DNA of 64,000 nucleotides from Paraspadella gotoi. Its lineage: Eukaryota; Animalia; Chaetognatha. Positions 39,294-53,300 of the stretch are shown one piece after another (within the stretch, counting starts at the first letter, position 1; the number at the start of each line of letters is the position of its first letter). Made by a program: the position numbers and the translations under genes. The DNA is taken from positions 27,668,989 to 27,732,988 of the forward strand of contig CM119265.1 of assembly GCA_051294375.1 (NCBI GenBank), in the 5' to 3' direction. The notes under the pieces are model-generated. The model searched no databases. It was not told the DNA's origin and was given only the letters and a program-made list of their open reading frames with translations.

Positions 39294-40122
39294 ATTGTTT
39301 ATATTTATATTTAACTTGTTTGTTATTGTTTAAAAATTGGTTTTGTTTCAAATGGTTGTCGCTTTTTATGTTTATTACTATGTTTATTATGCTTATTAAT
39401 ATATTCGCCGGTTAATTAATATTTTTTCACTAAACCGAGACGAAACCTACTTCATTCCTCGTTATATTAATGAAGGAAGGACGAAGGCAAAGCCAAGAGA
39501 GAAAAGTTACTTGATAATCCATTCTCTGCGTTGATATTGTACTGTATATTGTATTGAAAGTGTATTTGTACAATTGTTTCGTATCCTTTAGTTTTCGTTG
39601 CGTTTTAGATGAGACGTTACAACTTTGTTACGACAAATTATTTTGTTTTGATTTAAAATTAAACATAAAATATAAAACGACATTTTCATCCGATTCTAAT
39701 TTTCTGCGAGAAGATCCGAATATTGTTGTTGTTGTTGTGATTGATTCAATCGTTGTTGACGTGATTGACCGACCGACCGCGATGGCCAAGTCGCCTTCGG
39801 TGGCGCTGGTTACGTAGGCTTGGCGTTGGCGTTGGCGTTGGCGTTGGTGTTGGCGTTGTTAGCTGCAAAATGCAGATTTTCATCAAAGACGAAAAAAAAT
39901 CGATGCGCAAATCTGAAGAAAAAGAAGATTTTCGTCGTCGTCGTCTTCATCGTCGTCTTCATCGTCGTCGTCATCGTCGTTGCTGTTGTTGTTGTTGTTG
40001 TATGTATGTCGCTCGTCGTCGTCTGCGTCGTCATCGCATTCATTAAAAAAAATAGTAAAATGAAAAAAAAAAAGAATTAACGATTTGACATGCCACAAGT
40101 AGCCACACGACAACAGAAAGAC

Positions 40123-40211
<89 letters not shown>

Positions 40212-41321
40212 TGAGCGAGGTCCTGAGGGGGCAAAGTGCGTGACTCTTCATAAATAGATAAAGAAAAATAAATTAAAAACAAAAAAAAATAAAAAAAACT
40301 TAAATAAATAAATAAAACGAATAAAAAATTCTTAACATGCTAAACACATTTGATATTTTGGGTCAAAAGTTTCGCGCATTTAAGGAAGTTCCTTTTTTTA
40401 ATAAAAATAAATAATTTAATAAAGATAATTAGAAATCAAGAAAACAGAAAGAAAATTGGGAGAATAAAAGAAGAAAGGGTAAAACCCCGAAGGTAAAACG
40501 CTGAATAACTTGGGTTTCTTCTCTATCAGTGAATTTGGTCGTTATTGTGTTTAATGATGTCTTGTGAAAAAAAGAAGGTTCATTCAGAAGAAAAAGTTCA
40601 AAAATCGTAATTAATTAGAAAAAAAAGTTAAAGTTATTTAGTTAATTTTTTTTAAAAAGAGCAAAACAAACAAAAAAATTAAAGAAGAGAGAAAAACAAG
40701 TTGGCATCGCGCGTCAAACCGCTCGACGCGACACGCGACGGAAAAAAAGCGAAAAAAAGACTAATCAAGGCTGAAGGAAACAAAAGGCAAACGGATTAAA
40801 TTCTTTGAGAAAAAAGAGAAAAAAGACGAAAAATCGATTTTTAAATTCTTTTGTTTTTTCGTCGCTAGAGGCGTTGGGGTGTGGATGGGGTGTGGAGGGG
40901 TGTGGAGGGGCCGGGGTGGTGAGAGGATGTGAAAAAATTATGTGATGTTTATTATGTGAAAGGTACAGAGTGGAGAGAGAACAAAAATGGGTTGAAGTAA
41001 AGTGAAAATATAATTTTTTAACAATATTGTATCCTTTAAACATTAATAAAGCGAAATCTTTTACTTCGGACTTGACTTTAAAAGTAATATTCGAATCATT
41101 TCCAGTTTCCTTTAATTTACAACTGTTATTTCACTTTATTACATGTAGTTATTATATTGTTTTTTTTTGCAAAAATAATAAAATTAACATTGCAAGAACA
41201 AAAGTGTGTAATAAATATGCGAACTATATACAATTATATATACTCAAATTTATATTTTAAAAATTCACAATGCCACATTTATATATATTTTTTTTAATTT
41301 CTGAAGTTGTTTCTACGAATT

Positions 41322-41536
41322 GTGTTTTTTTTCAGTCAACAATTTTTATTTAATAATGGACATGTTTTAGTGTAAGTCTTCATCAGGGCAATATCATTTA
41401 TGAATTGTACAAGAAATAGTTTCATAATAGTTTTCTTGTACAATTCACAACTGATATTGCGCTGAAGAAGACTTGCACTAAAGTCGAAACATGTCCATAA
41501 TTAAATAAAAATCGTTTTTGACTATAAAAAAAACAC
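41322..41536. mobile_element. Palindromic (inverted-pair) remnant resembling Penelope-like pLTR ends, carrying a minimal hammerhead motif
   Basis: About 215-bp imperfect palindrome; plus-strand CTGAAGA A GACTT gcacta AAGTC GAAAC ATGTC at 41462-41495; the mirrored arm has CTGATGA but a deletion in stem II/GAAA. Confidence 0.6.
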
Positions 41537-41961
41537 TCTCGTTTATCATCTAAATAAAAATTTTATTGAGCTGCAAATTTTTTTAAACCCATAAGCAAAA
41601 ACGAATGGTCGCTATTGGTCCCATTTTAATTTTTAATTAAAAAAACAATATTGACACAAACGTGTTTGAAACATTTATCCATTTTAAATATTTTAATTCG
41701 CCGTTGATTTCATCTCCAGATAATCTTTTACTTATTATAATTAAAACGAAGTGACTTTTAAAATCTTTGTTCGCCGACTTCCGCTTTTTTCTCTCTCTCG
41801 CTTTTAGACTCGCGAGAATCAGAGTTAAGGAGATAAAGAAAAAAATCAATTGACTGCAAAGTAATTATCGATTCTTCTCTTTCTAGAAGGAAAAACAAGA
41901 AACTTACATCCTTGCTTTTAACGCGGGGTAAGAATAACAATGACAGGGGAGAATAAAGTAA

Positions 41962-42008
<47 letters not shown>

Positions 42009-43158
42009 GAGAGAGAGATGCATATGTATTTTTTGTCAGTATGGTAGACATTGTGTATTTTTGTATGGTATGGTATGGTATAATTCAATGCAATAATGTG
42101 ATAAGTTAAATTCTTTGAATTTAAGTAATTCATACATATTTTGCTAATTATTGTGTCTGAGTAATAGGTAGCAATATGTATAATAAACTTTGGTTAAAAC
42201 TTAAAAGTATAAATAAACATTTGACATAACTTTAGCAGGTTTTATTAAAAATCTTTAAAAGTCAGGTTAGTATGCAGCTATCTACTAACTTTTAATAAAA
42301 CTGTTATCAATTGAACTAATCTAAAAAATTCAGTTTTTGACTAAACTTTATTACGAATCGACATATGTAAAAAAAACACACTTTACCGATATCACAACGA
42401 TTTATTGAAACTTTACAATTTAATACGGACTATGGTAGAGCAGAAAGAATGGTTGTCGTCTTTTTATGTATTAAAATTCAGTGTGAAAGATCAAGGTTCT
42501 GTTTGGTATTGTTTCGCATGGGGAAGGAAAACAAAAAAAAACCAAAGTATGCGTTATGTTTTTTCATGGAAGAACAAAAAATAAAATCAACAAAAAGTAT
42601 CTTTTGTTTTTCATGGAAGAAGACAAAAAAAAATTGCGAGAATTAAAACGAATTTCAAGGAAATTCGTCTGTTTGTTTTTATCAAAGGGGGCGGGGGCAA
42701 AAAACACATAAAAATATTTATTTCTAAATGTTTTAGATTTTGCTTCTCGTTGGAATTTTTAATCTTCCAGAGTTTTAATTCAATACTTTAGAAAAAAAAT
42801 ATTCACAAATTATCAGAATTTTTTTTCTTCACGAGACAACTAAAAACTAACCGAATAATATATTCACACAGATGCTTGTCAACTCAGAATCTTTGTTTTT
42901 AACCAAAAATCTATTGTATTTTCAGTTAAATTAATTTCATAAGCCGTTGGCATTAAAGCATATATTCAAAACAATTTTTTTTTGGTCCAAAAAAAATAAT
43001 CATAAACATACTAACTATTCATATACTAACATAAAAAATCGAAATTGATATTCTTAAACTTTAAATTTTTTTTAAACTAATTTTTTCCACGCCATCGCCT
43101 TAAAAAATGCTCATTCCCGGGCCCTCTAAACGACGCCATGCTCGATCCCGGGCCCCGT

Positions 43159-43431
43159 TTACGACGCCGTGCTCGATCCGGGCCTCGGCTGCGTCGACTT
43201 GACGATGAGTTCGGAAACGACTTTCATGACGACCTCGATCTCAACTTTGACGTCCTGAGAGTCACGACCATGACGTTGCGAGGACGCGTGGACGCCCGCT
43301 GGCGTCGACGACGTCATTGGCGGAATCTCAACTCGGAAAGACTCCATCTGGCGAGAGGCGAGGGAAATGTGATGGGGGGAAAGAAAAACAAAAGGCTTTA
43401 ATTAATTGGCGATAATTGGCTCAAGTCACAT

Positions 43432-43513
<82 letters not shown>

Positions 43514-44363
43514 TTTGCAACATCAGGTGGTTGTCTCATAATAAAAGATAAAATGAAAAAAAAAGAAAAAAAAACAACATAACGTTTTTGGTCTTGGATT
43601 CAAAAAAGTCTTCATGTCAAATTGCATAGTGCTAATGTCAGATTTGGTTGTGTTTACTTCAAGTTCCCTCAAACTATGGTGCAGTCTTCCACTTATTAAC
43701 CAAGTCAGAAACGATAGTTCTGCCGTCAATTTATTTACCCTGTAGAATTTTTAGTGCTGACTTACATTTACGAATTTAATCAGAATTTAATCTGGCATAA
43801 TTTCAGACATAATCTGGCATATAGCATACAATCTTTAAAAAAATAATAATAATAATTTAATCAGAATCCATAGGGCTTTCAGTTCCACACCTCGTTTAAT
43901 GTAACCTCATAAGAATCCATGGTGCTGATTAAGATTTCATTACCTCGTCAGNNNNNNNNNNNNNNNNNNNNNNNNNNNNNNNNNNNNNNNNNNNNNNNNN
44001 NNNNNNNNNNNNNNNNNNNNNNNNNNNNNNNNNNNNNNNNNNNNNNNNNNNNNNNNNNNNNNNNNNNNNNNNNNNNNNNNNNNNNNNNNNNNNNNNNNNN
44101 NNNNNNNNNNNNNNNNNNNNNNNNNNNNNNNNNNNNNNNNNNNNNNNNNNNNNNNNNNNNNNNNNNNNNNNNNNNNNNNNNNNNNNNNNNNNNNNNNNNN
44201 NNNNNNNNNNNNNNNNNNNTCCATGGTGCTGATTAAGATTTCATTACCTCGTCAGAATCTATGGTGCTGAGTTCTCTTAGGACATCGTCGACCGAGAGTC
44301 GCATGTGGTACACGACATTGTAAGACTCTATGACTCCGAGAATGTCTTCGAGGGGAAGTTGAC
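43159..44363 (-). CDS. Last two exons (44248-44363, 43159-43347) of an unidentified gene with an EF-hand-like segment; upstream exons not identified
   Basis: CCTACAG|GT CAA CTT... gives GQLPLEDILGVIESYNVVYHMRLSVDDVLRELSTIDSDE|GTAATG, spliced in phase 0 to CGCCAG|MESFRVEIPP...KVEIEVVMKVVSELIVK...TAS*. Confidence 0.6.
43860..44270 (-). repeat. 38-bp tandem repeat of an exon end plus donor, running into an N gap
   Basis: Minus-strand unit TCAGCACCATGGATTCTGACGAG|GTAATGAAATCTTAA on both sides of the gap; the original is the exon end TCAGCACCATAGATTCTGACGAG|GTAATG. Confidence 0.8.
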
Positions 44364-44389
44364 CTGTAGGTGAAGGAGAGGGAGAATCT

Positions 44390-44477
<88 letters not shown>

Positions 44478-45618
44478 CTCGCTTTTTTTGACGAAAAAAC
44501 AAATATGTTAATCATGCAAACTAATCCATCGGTCAAAATATATTAAATTAGTCAATCAGTCAATCATTCACTAAATAAATAAATTAATCAATTATTTAAT
44601 TAATAAAATTATTTATCAATCAATCAATCATCCAATCAGTATTTTATGTAGGCAATCAAGCAATCGTAAATTGATTAAATACGACGTCCAAAAACCGTCA
44701 AAACAATTTAATCAATCAATCAACCAATCAATCCATGAATCAATCAATCAATCAATCAGTGGGTTTTGTTTCTTCCTTCGGTGACGATTCTGTCGCGAAT
44801 GTGAGAGACACAATAAATCACAAAAGCGAAGATGCGGTTGAGTAAGAAGAAAAGAAAAAGAAGTTGTTGTCGCTGCCCTCGTCGTCGTTGTTGTCGTTGC
44901 CCTCGTCGTCGTTGTTGTCGTTGCCCTCGTCGTCGTTGACATGATCGTCTTTGTCTTTAGTTACAGTGATTATTATTAGTAAGAAAGAAAATAAAATCGC
45001 CGACCGAATTCTTCAAAAATTTCAATGTCCGCTTGGAAATGATTTTGCAAAAACTTCTTCTTATTATAAGTCACTTTTCGGTCGGTCGGTCCGTCGGTCG
45101 GTCGGTATGTCTCTCCGTCGGTCTCGTCCTATTGACGTTAAAAATGGATAAAATTCGCCTATAGTTATTCGCTCATTTGTTAAGACAAAAAAAAACCTCA
45201 AATCTTAGGGACTGCTAGCGCCGCCTTCAGGAAATCCTAAAACTATAAGTATTGCAGTGCATGTCATAAATACAGGGGCTAACAAAATAAAGTCTATGCG
45301 GCGCAACACATTGGAATCTAGTATACTAGATTGGCGGGGTCGGTTAGGTGTTTTGAAAATTCAAAGGGTTGGGCTTACAATCGGTCCTTTGTGCTCCGTT
45401 TTTGTTTGTTGGATTGTTTCGTTCACAAATATTAAACAAAGTTTTTTTTCTCTCTCTCGATGTATCAAAATGAATGCCACCTTGTAGAATGTACAATGTA
45501 CAATGTACAATGCACAATGTACAATGTACAATTAGCCAATTGGATTTTATTTCGCTTTTCTGATTTAAATGAATCATTTCATTCGCCATTTTTCGTTCGT
45601 TTTGTCTTTATCATCAAT

Positions 45619-45681
<63 letters not shown>

Positions 45682-46263
45682 TCTTTATCCTTCTTTATTG
45701 TCTTCTTTTTGACATCTTCTTGTTCCAAATGTCATCATCTAAAAAATGACAAATGTTCTTAAATTTCCACCACAAAGAATTTTCTTCCAAATCGGTGACC
45801 AAACTTGTTCTCGTCCTCATCGTCGTCGTCGTCGTCCTCATCGTCGTCGTCGTCGTCGTCACGTCATCGTCGTCGTCGTACTCGTCATCGTGCTCGTCGT
45901 CGTCCATCGTGTATCGTCGTCAATTTTCGTCGTCATCCGGCGTCGTCTTCTCTCGTTTTTCAAGATAACACTTTCCTTCCGATCCTTTCCTGTGTTTATC
46001 GCTTTCAGGTGTTTTACATGTAATTTCCTCCGAAGTCTCTCTCTCTCTCTCTCTCCTTCTCTCTCTCCTCTTCTCTCTCTCCTCTCTCTTCTCTCCTCTC
46101 TCACTCCTCTCTCTCTCTCTCACTCTCTCTTTATCCTTGTTTCCATTCATTGGATGATGCTTCTGACTCTATTTTTTTTCTTTCGTTCCTTACCTAAAGT
46201 CATTTTCTCTCTCTCTCTCATCTCTCTCTCTCTCTCTCTCCTCTCTCCCATCTCCTCTCTCTC

Positions 46264-46303
<40 letters not shown>

Positions 46304-46959
46304 CTCTCCTTCTATTTCTTTCTCACTCCCTCTCTGTCCCCCCCACCTGTCGGTCGTGTATCTTCTCTGTTTAGGACCGGTAAACCATTCGAATATTTTA
46401 AGCAATTCTCTGAATTTTTTTTTTCTCACATAAACATTTTTCCTTTTTTATATCAAAATTTTTTTTACAGAATGCAATTAAATATTAAATTAATATATAA
46501 GGTTAATAAAATTGAGGTAAATTATGATTTAGGGGTTTTGGATTCACCATTAAAATTTTGGGTTAAATGTTAAAGTTAAAATTAAATTATGAGATAAAAG
46601 AACAGAATGGAAGGCAACCTTACAGGAAAAGAGAGCCGGATTGTTTTAAGATTTCTCATCATATCTTACAGGTATTTCGTACTACTTTGAGACATTTTAA
46701 CTCTAATATTTCGCTCGATCATTAACGTTGTCCATGCATCAACGTTGTTTTTGTTGATTGTTGGTTGTTTTTGTGTTGGTTGATGTTGTTGTTGTCCGTC
46801 GCCATTTGTCTGCATCAGCTTTAGACGCGTCGACCTTTTGTTTGTTTGGTAAATTTAACGTCCGGGTTTCGAGCGGTTTAACGCGGGTCTCCATTTAGTC
46901 TCTCTCCTCCTTCTCCGTCTTCCTCCCCTCTCCCTCCGTCCTCGTCGTCTCGATCTATG

Positions 46960-47000
<41 letters not shown>

Positions 47001-47377
47001 TTCTCTCATCCTCCTGCACGAGAGAACGGCGAGACATGAGACGTTAAAGCCGCTAATATTTCGTGTCTCGGCTTCCCTCTTCCTCAAAAACGGCCCTCTC
47101 CTCTCTCTCTCGTCTCTCTCTCTCTCTCTCTCGCTCTCTCTCGTCTCTCTCTCTCTCGTCTCTCTCTCTCTCTTCTCCCTCTCTCTCTCTATATTCTCTC
47201 TCTGTCCAGCATTTTGTAAGGTTTAGTCGTTAGTTTTTTCTAATTCGGACCGCGATGTATAATTCAATAATTAGTATTTGGTTGTTGAAAATCTTGATTA
47301 TGATAATATTGAAGTTATTGCTGATGCCAAACTTTCAACTTTTGAATCAGGGAGCCGTAAAAGATTATTAGCCGTCC

Positions 47378-47555
47378 AGTTCACCCCGCCCTCATTCGTG
47401 ATACGATTCATTGAGTGATACCATCAGCTCACGATCATTAGGTACTGCGGTCTATCCCCAATGGTACCTATCCCGCGGGAAGCTCGTGCACCGCGTTGTG
47501 TTCTCAGAAAACCCTCAAGCCTGGTTCCCAGCTCATGACAAGTTCCATTGCTGAT
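47378..47555 (+). mobile_element. Repeat family B, diverged copy 2
   Basis: Shares CATTGAGT..CCATCAGCTCA.GA.CATTAGGTAC, GCGGGAAG and AAAACCCTCAAGCCTGGTTCC with copy 1. Confidence 0.65.
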
Positions 47556-47911
47556 ACGGACTAATCCACTGATATTTATTTACTTATGAAAAGAATCTAC
47601 TGAAAAAATAATTGAAGCTAAACATATCGACGTATGTAATATAGGTTTTAAAAGCTACGAAACTTTCGCGTGGTTTGACATAGTATCACTGTATCAGTCA
47701 AAACTGATACCGAGAGATCGTATCCAGGGATCGACCGAAGAATCTAATCTCTTCACCACTTACCTCACCCTAACTTATCAATCAATAAATAAGTGTTCCT
47801 TACCTTTATTCTTATCATCACACTTAAATCACACACCGACTTTTATCCACATGTCCAATCACAACACACTGCGATCGTCACCATCGGTTGACTGAGTCTG
47901 CGGGGCGGGAA

Positions 47912-48008
<97 letters not shown>

Positions 48009-48120
48009 GCTATTAGCGACATTTTGTGACGACGAATCTCAACTTTGCGATTTTCATTCGGGCGTTTGACGTTTGTCTCATTACGGTCGCTCACGCATCG
48101 ACGCACTCCGTCTCCCTCAA

Positions 48121-48203
<83 letters not shown>

Positions 48204-48423
48204 GAATTCTTTCTTGAATTTTTTCTTGAATTCTTTCTTGAATTCTTCATTTTTGTTTTTTTTCTTGACCTTTTTTGATTAAATTGGTACAACCAATCTG
48301 AAAATTTGCTCACATGTGTATCCATTCATTTAATAAATAATCTATCCTATACCTGATGATGGACAGGCTCCGTTGGTTTAAGGCTTCCATCACACTTCAA
48401 AGATATATATAGACCAGGACCCC

Positions 48424-48511
<88 letters not shown>

Positions 48512-49355
48512 TGTATGTATGTAGGTATAAATTCCTACTTCCGCTTTGGAAATTCTTTCCTTTTTGTTCTTTTGTTCTGTTTTGCTATTTTTTTAACTCC
48601 CAGATTCAGTTCTCTTTCTCCTCTTCCTCCCATCCTTAATTTTTCCTCCCTTCTATTATTCTTTTTCACCTGTTTCCTTCTCCCTTCCTTTTTTTTCTTC
48701 CTTTCTTTCTCTTTTTCCTTCCTTTCTTCTCCCCCTGATGTAAAATTGATACAAATCGCTCCACTAAAAGTCTACAGCGCAATAAAAAAAATCTTGTCTT
48801 CTTTTTGCTCTCACCTCGGACGAGCGTGGGAGGAAAGAAAAACGGAACGTTGGGGAGAGAAAAGGGGATAGGGGGAGGAAAGGAAAGAGGATGGAGGAAA
48901 TGAGAAAGGAGGAGAGGAAAGGAGAGAGAGGGGTAAGGGGAGAGGGGGAGGAAAGAAAAGAGGAGGAAGGAAAAGGGAAAAAAAAAGAAAGGGAGGAAAG
49001 GAAAGGGAGAAAAAAGTAAAGGGAGGAAAGGGAGGAAAGTAAAGAGAGAAAAAGGAAGGAAAGGAAAGAAAAGAGACAAAAAGAAAAGGGAGGGAAAAAA
49101 AGGAGAAAAAAAGAAAGGGAGGAAAGGAAAAGGAGAAAAAAGGAAAGGGAGAAAAAAGGAAAGGTAGGAAAAGATAGAAAAGGAAAAAGGAGGAAAGGAA
49201 AGAGAGAAAAGAGGAAAGTGGAACCGCTCCTTGATTACTTTCTGCCGCTTAGTTTCCCTTGATTGCAGAAACCGTCAGCGCGCGGAGGAAAACTGCTGAC
49301 CAGAAGTCTTTGATTTCCGGCTCTGATGCGAATTTAATTGCTTTCCTTAAATCCC

Positions 49356-49490
<135 letters not shown>

Positions 49491-50687
49491 TAATAATAAA
49501 GAGGAAAAAAAAGCAAGAAACGACCCAAATAAATTCGTTTTGGTCTTCCGTTTTTTTTTCTCTCTCTTCAGTTAAAATTAATTGTTTAGCGTAGACGTAC
49601 GTTTCATTAAGCATCACCCAATTTTCTGGCGCCGGACTTCAGAATTGAGCTCTGTGCGACGAGCGGTTTGAAGGGAGGAAGACTCTGACCCGATCAGAAT
49701 ATCTTTCTGATCTTTCTACTTGTCTGGAAATGGTCAGATTTGCTTTGACTTGAAATTCAACTTCTGTTTTCCTTCTGGTTAATTTTTAAAAATTTTCTGT
49801 TGACACGATAAAATAAGAAAATAGTTTTTACTTACATGAATTTAAATAATGTTAATTAACTATACTGGGAGATGCTTGATTCAAAAGTTACAGGGTCCCG
49901 CCACGTACGTTATCATTTTTTAAGAAGGATGGAAGCGTAAAACCATCATTGCCTCTTCATTTATTCAACTATACATATACAACGTTTTAATTTCTGTACA
50001 TACAATTTCAAGTAATATCGAATTATTTTTTCTTTTTTTAATAAAGAAGTCCAGAACAACTATAAATTTACGAGCTCGGTGGAGGCTCTACACAAGGGGT
50101 CAATGCCAGTATCTAGCTACTGGAGATTAGATCAACTACACTCATTCTTTGTCTAATGTAAATTTAAAAAGAACGGAACAACCCATCGTGAATTAAATTG
50201 CACGGAGGTCAAAGGAGACCCAATTAAAATAAACATATATATAGAAAAAACTACGCGACGACGACAACGACGACGACGACTAGAAAACCAGCGATTCTGA
50301 TGTTATGCATATTTGATGCCATTCGGTCGCAGAGAAGAGGGCGGCCAGTGGAGGGGCGGGGACGACGACGATGACGAAGACGGTGACGACGATGATGACG
50401 ACGACGACAATAACGACTATCATGGCAATGACCAAGAGGACAGATGCAGCAAAAGTTATTTATCGAAAAACTTTTAATGAACTCATAAGCGAAGAGGCAT
50501 CATCTTCTTCATTTACGTCGTCGTCGTCATCGTCGTCGTCGTCGTCTTCTTCCTCGTCGTCGTTAAAAATAAAAATCGATTGGCGCAAATTCCGTTTGGT
50601 CGGTCAGTCTTTCGTTCGGTCAGTCAGTCCGTCGGTCAAGTTCGATTTCGGGATGAAATTTCGTAGTTGTTTTGAATCCGTAATCCT

Positions 50688-51030
50688 TTAAATCCCCGGA
50701 TGTAATGCGTTTTTTATTTTATTCTTCGGATGTAATTGATTTGGCTTTAAATCCCCGGATGTAATTTGTTTTTGCTTTTATTCTTCGGATGTAATTGATT
50801 TGGCTTTAAATCCCCGGATGTAATTGATTTGACTTTTGATCCCCGGATGTAATTGATTTGGATTTAAATCCCCGGATGTAATTGATTTGAATTTAAATCT
50901 CCGGATATAATTGATTTGGCTTTAAATCCCCGGATGTAGTTGATTTGGCTCTAAATACCAGGATATAATTGATTTAACTTTAAATCCCCGAATGTAATTG
51001 ATTTGGATTTAAATCCCCCGGATGTAATTC
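50688..51030. repeat. 29-bp minisatellite (about 12 copies)
   Basis: Unit AAATCCCCGGATGTAATTGATTTGGCTTT. Confidence 0.9.
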
Positions 51031-51171
51031 GATTCAACGCAAGACTCTCGTTTTTATTTCTTCCCTTTTTTAATTCGAGTCGCACCTGCGATTCTTTTGC
51101 TCTTTTGTTCGAATGAGAAAATAAAAAAAACTGAGCTACATTTTATCCGGAAACTCGGAAATCGTGATGGG

Positions 51172-51645
51172 GTTAAGGGCAAAGGGAGTTTAAAAGCAAA
51201 GGAGTCTAATCGCGAACTTTTTGATGTTAAGGGCAGAGTCGGTTAAGGGTAGAGTCTGGTACGTCCAGAATCTGTTTAGAGCGAGGTGAATTAAGGAAAG
51301 AGTCAGTTAAAGGCAGAGTCTGTTAAGGGTAGAGTCTGTTAAGGGCTGTTTTTTAGATTTGAGCACGTTAGGACGGAGTCTCTTGCGGGCAGAGTTGGTT
51401 TAAAGCAGCGTCTGTTAATTGCAGAAACTGTAATGGGCAGGGTCTGTTAAGGGCAGAAACTGTTAAGGGCAAGGTCGGTTAAGGGCGGAGACTATTAAGG
51501 GCTGTTTTTTAGATTCGAGCCTATTAGGGCGCAGTCTCTTGAGGGCAGAAACTGTAATGGACAGGGTCTATTAAGGGCAGAAACTGTTAAGGGCAAGGTC
51601 GGTTAAGGGCAGAGACTATTAGGGCAGGGTTTATGAAGGGCAGAT
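51172..51645. repeat. Degenerate minisatellite of about 16 bp with higher-order duplication
   Basis: Unit GTTAAGGGCAGAGTCT and variants. Confidence 0.85.
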
Positions 51646-52492
51646 CGGAAAACGTTTTAGAAGGGATCGACGCTTGATCCTCGCTTCACCATAAAATGTC
51701 CGATTTATTGGTGAAGGAAACTCGTTTTTTTTTGTGTTTTTTTTTTGTTTCGCTTTGTTTTCTTTATTTATCAAGCGCTGACCCGAAAAACGTTGTGGTT
51801 GAGCCGATGGATGTAAATATAGTTGAGTTGACTGAAGTTGAATAAATATGAACGTATGAAATGACTAACTGAATTTATGTAGATATTTTAAATAAAAAAA
51901 TAAAAATGAAGTAAAATGTGTAAAATAAAATTGAAACAATTAGGAAGCGTTTTGTATGAATAGGTTCACAGTTCATCGTAGAGATAAATTTTACAGTTGA
52001 ATGTTGATTGTTGACTATTCACAGTTTACGGTGCGATTTATAGTTTTACTGTTTCCACTCAGCTGCGGTTTTCCTCGTTTGGACATTTGAAGGATCAGAA
52101 GGGATTGACTGAAAAGGATAAAAGGAGAGGTATAAAGGAAAGGAAAAATGAAAGGAAAAAAGGAAAGGAAAAAAGGAAAAAGGAAAAAGAATATATTCAA
52201 AAAAAGAGAAATAAAAAAAGAAAGATTTAGAAAAAAAAGACAAGGAAAAATAAATGGAAAGAGTAAAGAATAAGAAAATAAAAGAAAAGAAAAGATTAAG
52301 AATTAAAAAATAAAATGAAAAAATAAAAATTAAGTAAAAAGGGATAAATATTAAAAAAAAAGATTGATCCCTGAGAAAAATTAAAAAAAGATTGGTAAGA
52401 AGATGAGAAAAAAGGTGAGAAAAAAGAAAGATGAAAGACGAAAGAAGATTAAAAAGAAGAAAGAATATCGAGAAAGAAAGAAGAAAGAACGA

Positions 52493-52536
<44 letters not shown>

Positions 52537-52540
52537 AAAA

Positions 52541-52592
<52 letters not shown>

Positions 52593-52764
52593 AAAGAAGA
52601 TTCACTCACTACACAAGTGACATTTAATCTTTTTCTCTTTTTTCTTTGTCTCTCAGTTTTTCTCCGCATTTATTCTTTTCGCATCGAAAAATTTTGCGAC
52701 TGAATTCGTCGGCGGAGAAATTCATTCTTTTTCCACAGAATTCCTATCTCCCTCTATGTCCTTC

Positions 52765-52804
<40 letters not shown>

Positions 52805-52813
52805 TATATATAA

Positions 52814-53300
52814 TGCGGCATATCAAATGACCACATTAAATTCCTGTGTTTGAGACCACGAGTAGTGGAATAAAGGACAAACAAAGAAATCCTTTGAAAA
52901 GCCGTCCGCCTCACCAAGAAATGACGTCCCGTCCTGTTTCTTTTGTTTCTGGCCGTTTTCCCTTTGAAGTATTTAAACTAAAAAGTCAGTCTTGAGTTGA
53001 AAACCTCTGCTTGAATTTCAACCTTTGTTTTTATTTCTCGTGATTTCAACGACAATAAAACTTTATGCATTTATCAACTTTGCTTCTATTTACTTCAAAT
53101 TCTCTACCAATGTAAAGAATACATTTTATTAAGAAGAGAAAAAGTGAAACCAGTTTTATCTTTGTGAAATAATTCAAAAACGAAATAAACTTTAACTTCA
53201 AAGTCACGTGACTGTCTTTCGCCTGCCTTATGCTCCTCTGCTAACGTCTTTGCCACGCTGCGTCACTCACTTAGTGACCGGTTCACAGAGCCGTGCCACA
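52814..53300 (+). repeat. 5' LTR
   Basis: TGCGGCA...TGCCACA; direct repeat of 58828-59304. Confidence 0.9.

Noticed and set aside
43919-44236. ORFs spanning N runs (also 62062-63185)
   Set aside because: Open only because of assembly gaps
48352-48392. CTGATGA with a hairpin (possible hammerhead)
   Set aside because: Lacks the GAAAC core and stem III
49591-49723. Minus-strand exon-like segment with AG/GT ends and an in-frame TGA (possible selenocysteine)
   Set aside because: Stops in all three frames, no recognisable homology or SECIS; more likely non-coding or UTR
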